Origin: Gemmatimonadota bacterium
GTDB lineage: Bacteria; Gemmatimonadota; Gemmatimonadetes; Gemmatimonadales; Gemmatimonadaceae
Direction: 5' to 3'
Length of the DNA: 17,819 nucleotides
Assembly: GCA_031372565.1 (NCBI GenBank)
Contig: JANMLN010000140.1
Coordinates: 1 to 17,819, forward strand
Program-made: the position numbers and the translations under genes
The notes under the pieces: model-generated
Seen by the model: only the letters and a program-made list of their open reading frames with translations
Told to the model about the DNA's origin: nothing
The model's database searches: none
Shown here: positions 1-5,502 of the stretch, piece after piece
How positions within the stretch are numbered: position 1 is the first letter of the stretch
How the letters are laid out: every line of letters starts with the position of its first letter

Positions 1-78
1 GGCGACTCCTACCGACTCCGCGAGAAGCGGAAGGCGGGGCTCGTCGGCTCCACCCTGACGACTCCCTCTGAGTCGTGA
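1..78 (+). CDS. istB: IS21-family helper ATPase IstB, C-terminal end (partial, enters from left edge)
   Basis: Frame 1 reads GDSYRLREKRKAGLVGSTLTTPSES* (TGA 76-78). G-x-SYRL followed by basic residues is the typical IstB C-terminus, and an IS21-like end follows immediately. Confidence 0.85.
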   Translation, partial: GDSYRLREKRKAGLVGSTLTTPSES

Positions 79-141
79 GGTCACTCGGGGTGGGGACTTT
101 CAGATGATCACTGGGTGGGGAATTTCACGCGAGCATTGACA
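1..141 (+). mobile_element. IS21-family insertion sequence, right end
   Basis: Two subterminal direct repeats 25 bp apart, GGGTGGGGACTTTCA (88-102) and GGGTGGGGAATTTCA (113-127). The element ends ...GCATTGACA at 141. A 5'-CA-3' tip with multiple internal repeats is characteristic of IS21 ends. Confidence 0.82.
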
Positions 142-142
142 G

Positions 143-232
143 CTGGGCGTGCCGCTGGCGCGCATCGCGCTGGGGGATGCGGGGGCGGAGGCGGTGGATG
201 CGGCGTTGGAGGAGGTGGAGGCGCGGGCGTAG
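143..232 (+). pseudogene. C-terminal remnant of a gene interrupted by the IS21 element
   Basis: Directly after the IS tip: LGVPLARIALGDAGAEAVDAALEEVEARA* with strongly GC3-biased codons and no start of its own. Confidence 0.55.
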
Positions 233-361
233 GCGTGACGCGGATGGCGGGCGCAATTCTTTGGTTATGCACTTTGCCGCTGTCGCGCGCACAGTTGGGG
301 GCAAGTCCTCGCGGTTGGGATGGTCCGCCGCGAAGACTCCCTCATCATTTCCGTCGCCCTA

Positions 362-390
362 TTGCGACGCTATATCGGAGTTTATATACT
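362..390 (+). promoter_or_regulatory. Sigma70-like promoter with overlapping palindromic operator for the TA operon
   Basis: TTGCGA (362-367), 17 bp, TATACT (385-390). The imperfect palindrome TATATCGGAGTTTATATA (371-388) overlaps the -10 box. ATG at 393 with no SD sequence. Confidence 0.6.
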
Positions 391-392
391 CC

Positions 393-728
393 ATGCCACC
401 GAAGGCATTGTACTGGGTTGGAACTTCGCTCGATGACTTGCGGCGGCTGCCCGATGAGGCGCGGCGTGCATTGGGCATCGGACTCTGGCGGGTCCAGCAG
501 GGCGAAGAGGCGCGCGATTGGAAGCCGATGAGCGCTGTCGGGGCTGGCGTCATCGAGATTCGGGTCCGCGCAGGCGGCGCGTTCCGCTTGATGTATGTGG
601 CCAAATTTGCGGAGGCTATCTACGTGTTGCACGTATTCCAGAAGAAGAGCCGCAAGACCAATCCGCTCGACATCGCCGTCGCGCGAAGCAGGCTGGCCGC
701 CGTGCGGCGCGGCCACCATGAGGACTGA
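393..728 (+). CDS. higB: RelE/ParE-family (HigB, gp49/DUF891-like) toxin
   Basis: MPPKALYWVGTSLDDLRRLP...DWKPMSAVGAGVIEIRV...AFRLMYVAKFAEAIYVLHVFQKKSRKT. The start is placed at ATG 393, inside ORF 177..728. Confidence 0.9.
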   Translation: MPPKALYWVGTSLDDLRRLPDEARRALGIGLWRVQQGEEARDWKPMSAVGAGVIEIRVRAGGAFRLMYVAKFAEAIYVLHVFQKKSRKTNPLDIAVARSRLAAVRRGHHED

Positions 729-731
729 CCG

Positions 732-1028
732 ATGAAGATCCGGATCAAGCGCTCTTCGGGCAACGTCTTCCGCGATGTCGGTTTCTCCCGCGAAGAAGCC
801 GCGCACCTGCTCGTGCGCGCGGACCTGATGGTGCAGCTCTCTCGCATCATCAAGCGTCGCGGCCTCACGCAGGCCCAAGCGGCCAAGGCGATGGGGGTCA
901 CGCAGCCGCGCGTGTCGAACCTGACCCGGGGACGGATCGAGAAGTTCAGCATCGACACGCTGGTGGACATGCTGGCGAGCCTGGGCGTGTCGGTGACGAT
1001 CAAGACGACGCGGCGGACGGCGGCCTGA
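732..1028 (+). CDS. higA: XRE-family HTH antitoxin (HigA-like)
   Basis: SSGNVFRDVGF...GLTQAQAAKAMGVTQPRVSNLTRGRIEKFSIDTLVDML; starts 3 bp after the toxin stop, toxin-first order. Confidence 0.9.
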   Translation: MKIRIKRSSGNVFRDVGFSREEAAHLLVRADLMVQLSRIIKRRGLTQAQAAKAMGVTQPRVSNLTRGRIEKFSIDTLVDMLASLGVSVTIKTTRRTAA

Positions 1029-1071
1029 GGCGGTTCCGGGGCCTGTGGGAAGTCTGCCGTGCAAGGATTTG

Positions 1072-1109
1072 GTACGCCATTGACGTATAGCTGATCCGAA
1101 CGGTATCGT
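1072..1109 (+). promoter_or_regulatory. Promoter with palindromic operator upstream of the orphan antitoxins
   Basis: TTGACG (1080-1085), 18 bp, TATCGT (1104-1109). The palindrome TACGCCATTGACGTA (1073-1087) overlaps the -35 box. Confidence 0.6.
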
Positions 1110-1136
1110 GCCCGGTGAACCCGCCACGAGATCCTG

Positions 1137-1487
1137 ATGCGAAAGACAGACTTCGACGCGCTGCTTCAGGGCGTCGCCGAGATGAAGGCGATCGAGGCGG
1201 GCACGCTGAAGCCGTCCCGGGTCTATCGAGGCGAGGACATCCTCGCGTCGTTTGTCCCCGACGCCGCTCGCATCCGGAAGTCGCTCAAACTGAGTCAAGC
1301 GAAGTTCGCGACGCTCCTCGGCATCAGCGTGGACACGCTGCAGAACTGGGAGCAGGGACGGCGCAGTCCCGACGGACCGGCGCGTGTGTTGTTGCGGGTG
1401 GCGAGCGCGCATCCGGAGGCGCTGATGGATGTGGCGAGGCGGACTACGCGGTCGACTGGCAAGCGCAAAGCTGTGCGGCGCGGCTAG
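1137..1487 (+). CDS. HigA2/NadS/YiaG-like XRE HTH protein (antitoxin-type), copy 1
   Basis: FDALLQGVAEMKAI...PDAARIRKSLKLSQAKFATLLGISVDTLQNWEQGRRSPDGPARVLLRVASAHPEAL. Confidence 0.88.
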   Translation: MRKTDFDALLQGVAEMKAIEAGTLKPSRVYRGEDILASFVPDAARIRKSLKLSQAKFATLLGISVDTLQNWEQGRRSPDGPARVLLRVASAHPEALMDVARRTTRSTGKRKAVRRG

Positions 1488-1490
1488 CGA

Positions 1491-1525
1491 ACTCGGAAGC
1501 ACTCGGAAGTTGATCGCTTCCGAGT
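1491..1525. repeat. Direct plus inverted repeat ACTCGGAAG between the two antitoxin genes
   Basis: ACTCGGAAGC (1491-1500), ACTCGGAAGT (1501-1510), inverted copy GCTTCCGAGT (1516-1525). Confidence 0.8.
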
Positions 1526-1538
1526 CTAGGGAGCTCCC

Positions 1539-1880
1539 ATGAAGGGAAAGGACTTCGAAGACCTGTTGGAGAGCGTCCGCGAGGCCGGCAGCATTCTGCG
1601 CGGCGAGCGACGCCCCGCACGCGTCACGACCGTCAAGGACCTGCTCGCGACCGGCACCCCTGACGTCGGCCTGCTTCGCGCCCACTTCAAGCTCAGCCAG
1701 GTCAAGTTCGCCGCACTGCTCGGCATCAGCGTGGACACGCTGCAGAACTGGGAGCAGGGACGGCGGAAGCCGGAGGGGCCGGCGCGCGTGCTATTGCGTG
1801 TGGCGGCAGCGCATCCGGAGGCGCTGCTGTCGGTGGCCCAGTCCACACCGAAGCGGCGGCGGGGACGCTCGGCGGCGTAG
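1539..1880 (+). CDS. HigA2/NadS/YiaG-like XRE HTH protein (antitoxin-type), copy 2
   Basis: DFEDLLESVREAGSILRGERRPARV...LSQVKFAALLGISVDTLQNWEQGRRKPEGPARVLLRVAAAHPEAL; GGGAG RBS upstream. Confidence 0.88.
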   Translation: MKGKDFEDLLESVREAGSILRGERRPARVTTVKDLLATGTPDVGLLRAHFKLSQVKFAALLGISVDTLQNWEQGRRKPEGPARVLLRVAAAHPEALLSVAQSTPKRRRGRSAA

Positions 1881-1887
1881 AACCGAT

Positions 1888-1919
1888 GTTCACGGTTCAT
1901 GAACCGTGAACGAACCGTG
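1888..1919. repeat. Perfect 24-bp palindrome plus an extra half-site
   Basis: GTTCACGGTTCATGAACCGTGAAC (1888-1911) followed by another GAACCGTG (1912-1919). Confidence 0.85.
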
Positions 1920-1978
1920 TGCTTGCACTCCTCGCCGAACAGCCGATCGCCACGTCGCAAGATCAGGTTCATCTCGGC

Positions 1979-2017
1979 ACCATGAAGATTCCGAATGACG
2001 CGCGGGTTCTTCATGGT
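1979..2017. terminator. Inverted repeat at the 3' end of fic, between convergent genes
   Basis: ACCATGAAGA (1979-1988) / TCTTCATGGT (2008-2017); no U-tract. Confidence 0.35.
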
Positions 2018-3219
2018 CAGTCGCGTCGGCGAGTCTTCCGCGTGGCGGTGGTCGGCGTCGCCAGCGGCAACTCCGCCTCGAGCAGCCGCACATACCGGTG
2101 ATAGCTGAACACCCGGCCGCGCGCCCGGTGCGTCAGCTCGCGCACGATGCCGAGTTCCTCCAGACGAGCGAGCGACTTGTTCACGGTGATGGCCGTGAGC
2201 CCCGTGCTCCGCACCAGCGCCGGCGAGGTGATGATCGGCTGGTGCTGCAGGGCATCGTGCACGCGCGCTGCCGCGGGGGCTGCTCGTCCCAGCGCCATCA
2301 GTCGCGCACGATCCTTCGTCACGAGCGCCAGGAGCGCCTGCGCCATGGCCACCGCTTGCGTCGCACTCGCCTCCACCCCCTCGGCGAAGAAGTCGAGCCA
2401 CCGCTCCCAGTCACCGTGGACCCGCACCTCCCCGAGCAGTTCGTAGTAGAGCGCACGGTGCGTCTTGAAGAAGAGACTGAGCATGAGCAGCGGCTCGCGC
2501 AACACGCCATCCGCCACGAGCTGCAACACGATGAGCAGTCGGCCCACGCGGCCGTTGCCGTCGAGGAACGGGTGAATGGTCTCGAACTGGACGTGCGCGA
2601 GCGCAGCCTTGAGCAGCGGCGAGATCGGCTCTGGCACGTCGTTCATGAAGCGTTCGAGGGCGGCGAGGCACACGGGCACTTCGCTGGCCGGCGGCGGCAC
2701 GAACACGGCATTGCCGGGGCGCGTCCCGCCGACCCACACCTGCGATCGCCGGAGCTCGCCGGGCGCCTTGTCCCGACCGCGCGGGTGGTCGAGGAGCACC
2801 GCATGCACCTCCCGCAGCAACCGATGACTCACCGGGATGCCTCGCCGCAGCAGCGCGAGCCCGTGGTCGAGCGCGGCCACTACGTGGCTGACCTCGCGCG
2901 CATCGTCAAGCGGCACCCCAGGCTGCTCGTCGATCTCGAACAACAGGAGGTCGGCGAGCGAAGACTGAGTGCCCTCGATCTGCGACGAGAGCACGGCCTC
3001 CTTTCGCACGAAGCTGTACAGCAGCAGCGCGGCGTTGGGCAGCATGCCCGATATCGCGTCGAGACGTCCGAGCGCGACGTGAGCGGCGTCAAAGCGCGCA
3101 CGCAGCGCCGGCGTCCAGCTGACGACGGGCGTGGGCGGCAGCGGCGCCGGCACGAACGCACGGAATTTCTCCCCGGGTGCCGAGACGCTGATGTAGTGGC
3201 CGGTGGGCGGACGACGCAT
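2017..3219 (-). CDS. fic: Fic-family protein (Fic_N + Fic + C-terminal wHTH), class II autoinhibited
   Basis: Canonical HPFLDGNGRVGR catalytic motif, N-terminal SSQIEG inhibitory motif, and C-terminal 'TGLTAITVNKSLARLEELGIVRELT' winged helix. Confidence 0.93.
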   Translation of the reverse strand: MRRPPTGHYISVSAPGEKFRAFVPAPLPPTPVVSWTPALRARFDAAHVALGRLDAISGMLPNAALLLYSFVRKEAVLSSQIEGTQSSLADLLLFEIDEQPGVPLDDAREVSHVVAALDHGLALLRRGIPVSHRLLREVHAVLLDHPRGRDKAPGELRRSQVWVGGTRPGNAVFVPPPASEVPVCLAALERFMNDVPEPISPLLKAALAHVQFETIHPFLDGNGRVGRLLIVLQLVADGVLREPLLMLSLFFKTHRALYYELLGEVRVHGDWERWLDFFAEGVEASATQAVAMAQALLALVTKDRARLMALGRAAPAAARVHDALQHQPIITSPALVRSTGLTAITVNKSLARLEELGIVRELTHRARGRVFSYHRYVRLLEAELPLATPTTATRKTRRRD

Positions 3220-3227
3220 GTATGGCG

Positions 3228-3280
3228 AAAGTAGAATGGGAGCGATAGTTATTCTATTTAATTGATTAAAGTAGAATAGC
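3228..3280 (-). promoter_or_regulatory. AT-rich promoter/operator of fic
   Basis: AAAGTAGAAT at 3228-3237 and 3268-3277. Near-perfect inverted repeat GTTATTCTA-TTTAAT (3248-3262) / ATTAAAGTAGAATAGC (3265-3280). Confidence 0.7.
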
Positions 3281-3442
3281 GAGGGACCGGCGTCTCAGCA
3301 CTGAGTCGCGCAGGTGGCCAAGGCGACGGGCGGACTGTTTTCTGACCGCGGATTTCCTGGGCATCCCGGTGCGCCCTTGGCGCGGCTTCCTTTGCATGCC
3401 GCCCGCATCGTGCGCGCTGCCACTCAGCCAGGGACGTCACCC

Positions 3443-3540
3443 ATGCCCAACCGGTCCATCCGTCGTCTGCTCGGCCTCGTCCCGTTCATGGCGGCGTGCG
3501 CGTCGCTGACGAGCACCATCTCCACCGATCCGGGATGCGT
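3443..3540 (+). pseudogene. Truncated lipoprotein N-terminus
   Basis: MPNRSIRRLLGLVPFMAA-C-ASLTSTISTDPG has a signal peptide and lipobox; the downstream part of the ORF is not protein-like. Confidence 0.4.
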
Positions 3541-4249
3541 TCCGTCAATGTCGCCGGCGACATCGGGTCCCTTGGCATGCGCTACGAGGCACGGCCGAAG
3601 CGCTGAGCGGTGGCAGGTGCATGAAGCGGATGCCGAGCGTCCGGCTGGCGGCCGCCCGCGCCGTCACTCCTTGGACGCGGCCGCCCCCTGCTGCTCATAC
3701 GCCATCGTCGCCTGCCGCACCACGTACGCGCGCACCAGCTCGGCGTCCCCGGCCGCTCGGGCGGGCGCGATCCGTCGGCCGCGGTGTCCCTCAACGCATT
3801 CCTGACGCACAACGATCGGCTCGCGATTGCATCGGCCTTGGGCGTCAGCCGCATCCTCTGGAAGCTCCTCGCGGGGGAACAACCGAGCGGACCCGAGTGG
3901 TGGCTCGACCGCTAGATCGAGTTCGCGCGACCGCTGGAGGATGCCAAGCCGTAGGCGACCCGCGGTCCCGCAGGGGCGCTACCTCGGTCACGGTGCGGCC
4001 ACGCAGTCGGTGCCACGCGCTCGCCGTAGCTCGCCCGATCGAGCGAACTGTCGATGCGCCTACCAGTCAGAAGATGATTGTCCGGCTATAATGGCATGTT
4101 GATGTCTATTTGATGTTAGAGCGACAACATGAGATCCTCGAGATCGACTGGCGATCACCGGCTACTACATGCGCGTGTGTGCCCGAAGTCGCCAGTGACA
4201 CCCGCGACGCGAGCGGAGTACCTCTCTCCGGACCCTCCACGCCTCCGCG

Positions 4250-4660
4250 ATGCCCGCCTTTCACCGACGGACAACCGTTCGCTGCGCAGTGCTGACGCTC
4301 GTATCGGGAGTGAGCGGCTGTCTTTTCCCGTCGGACCCGATCGGCTGCACCGCGGACCTGCGCGAGGCGGTCGCCGTCTACGTGCGGGATGCTGCCTCCA
4401 ACGCATCCATTGCCACCGGCGCCACCCTCGTGTTACGGGATGGGCCCTTCGCGGATTCCATCACCTCCCCGTTCTATAACCCCAGTGACAACCAGGGGGC
4501 GCTCATCACGCCAAACACGTTCGAGCGGGCGGGCACCTATGCCGTCACCGTCCGCCGGGCCAATTACGCGTCGTGGGACACGGCGGGGGTGCGCGTGACG
4601 CGGAACGTCTGCCATGTCAACACGGTGACCCTCACCGCCAGACTGTCTCCGCTTCCGTAG
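4250..4660 (+). CDS. Lipoprotein with carboxypeptidase-regulatory-like beta-sandwich domain (candidate gene cassette)
   Basis: Lipobox VSG-C; ERAGTYAVTVRRANYASW motif; two further cysteines; followed by a degenerate attC. Confidence 0.75.
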   Translation: MPAFHRRTTVRCAVLTLVSGVSGCLFPSDPIGCTADLREAVAVYVRDAASNASIATGATLVLRDGPFADSITSPFYNPSDNQGALITPNTFERAGTYAVTVRRANYASWDTAGVRVTRNVCHVNTVTLTARLSPLP

Positions 4661-4675
4661 AGCGGTCTCGTGCGG

Positions 4676-4773
4676 GCGCTACGCCGCCGCTTGCTGCCGA
4701 CAGCCACGCTACTGAAGCGGGCGCTGCGCGCCCGCAGCTGCTGGAGTGTGTGCAGTAGAAGCAAAATTTCGGC
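4676..4773 (+). mobile_element. Degenerate integron attC site
   Basis: L''-like TTGCTGCCGAC (4691-4701), apex hairpin GCGGGCGC-TGC-GCGCCCGC (4717-4735), L'-like GCAGTAGAA (4752-4760), R'-like tTTCGGC (4767-4773); R'' eroded. Confidence 0.55.
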
Positions 4774-4809
4774 GTACCGAAACTCCTGTTCCCCGCTATC
4801 TTTTCAGCC

Positions 4810-5031
4810 ATGATGGACTGGTCCTCCTGCGAAGCGGTCGAGCGCGACCCAGAGCGGTACAGCGGAGCCTGGGTGTTCCGCGGTACTCGCGTGCCGATCG
4901 CCGCCCTCTTCGAGAACCTCGAGGACGACGCCTCGGCTCACGACTTCGTCGGCTGGTTTCCTGGCGTCACGCTGGCGCAGGTACGGGCGGTACTCGAGCA
5001 TGCGGCGCGCAGCGGACTGAGCGCCGCGTAA
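4810..5031 (+). CDS. DUF433-family antitoxin
   Basis: DWSSCEAVERDPERYSGAWVFRGTRVPIAALFENLEDD...WFPGVT; TATCTT 7 nt upstream of the ATG suggests its own leaderless promoter. Confidence 0.9.
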   Translation: MMDWSSCEAVERDPERYSGAWVFRGTRVPIAALFENLEDDASAHDFVGWFPGVTLAQVRAVLEHAARSGLSAA

Positions 5032-5352
5032 GTGCGCGTCCTGTTCGATCAGGGCACGCCGGCGCCGCTGCGCCATGAGCTGCCGCTGCATTCGGTCGAG
5101 ACCGCCCATGAGCGCGGCTGGGCCACGACGCGCAACGGTGACCTCCTGCAGGCGGCCGAGGATGCGGGCTTCGACGTGCTGATCACCACCGATCAGAACC
5201 TGCAGTATCAGCAGAACTTGGCCGAACGGCGCATCGCCATCATCGTATTGAACACGACGAGCTGGCCTCGCATCCGCACGGCGTCGGCCGCGATCGCGGC
5301 TGCCGTGATCCAGTGTGCGACGAAGCGGTTCATCGAGATCAGCATCCCATGA
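5032..5352 (+). CDS. PIN-like toxin (DUF5615/VapC45-like)
   Basis: MRVLFDQGTPAPL...GW...NGDLLQAAEDAGFDVLITTDQNLQYQQNL; abuts the DUF433 gene. Confidence 0.88.
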   Translation: MRVLFDQGTPAPLRHELPLHSVETAHERGWATTRNGDLLQAAEDAGFDVLITTDQNLQYQQNLAERRIAIIVLNTTSWPRIRTASAAIAAAVIQCATKRFIEISIP

Positions 5353-5356
5353 GGAC

Positions 5357-5450
5357 GCCGAACAACGTGTTGCAGCTGACAAGCGATTCAACGAACGCTC
5401 GCTGCGCTCGCTCTCATTGATTCGCTTGCAACTGAACGCAAACGTTCGGC
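5357..5450 (+). mobile_element. Integron attC site (94 bp)
   Basis: R'' GCCGAAC (5357-5363), 6 nt, L'' TTGCAGCTGAC, stem AAGCGATTCAA...TTGATTCGCTT, L' GCAACTGAA, 7 nt, R' GTTCGGC (5444-5450). It has the expected unpaired extra bases and lies 4 bp after a stop codon. Confidence 0.88.
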
Positions 5451-5502
5451 GAGCCGTGATCCGCCTGCCCGGGATCGGATCCGCCCCCCGCTCACGCACC
5501 CC

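Noticed and set aside
368..390. ModE-box-like CGCTATAT-N7-TATATA
   Set aside because: It overlaps the TA promoter, far from the Mop regulator, and is more simply the antitoxin operator.
177..392. N-terminal extension of the HigB ORF
   Set aside because: Arg/Trp-rich junk that spans a gene remnant and the promoter; family similarity begins at ATG 393.
3377..3397. Possible sigma-54 promoter TTGGCGCG...TTGCA
   Set aside because: The GG-to-GC spacing is 3 bp too long.
4081..4110. dif-like site (ATAA...TTGATGT)
   Set aside because: Spacer length and the XerD arm do not fit the 11-6-11 consensus.
4778..4800. Peptide ETPVPRY shared by two ORF-track entries (here and about 3276-3296 on the minus strand)
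   Set aside because: Both are non-coding promoter regions, and a 7-aa match is plausible by chance across many GC-biased frames.
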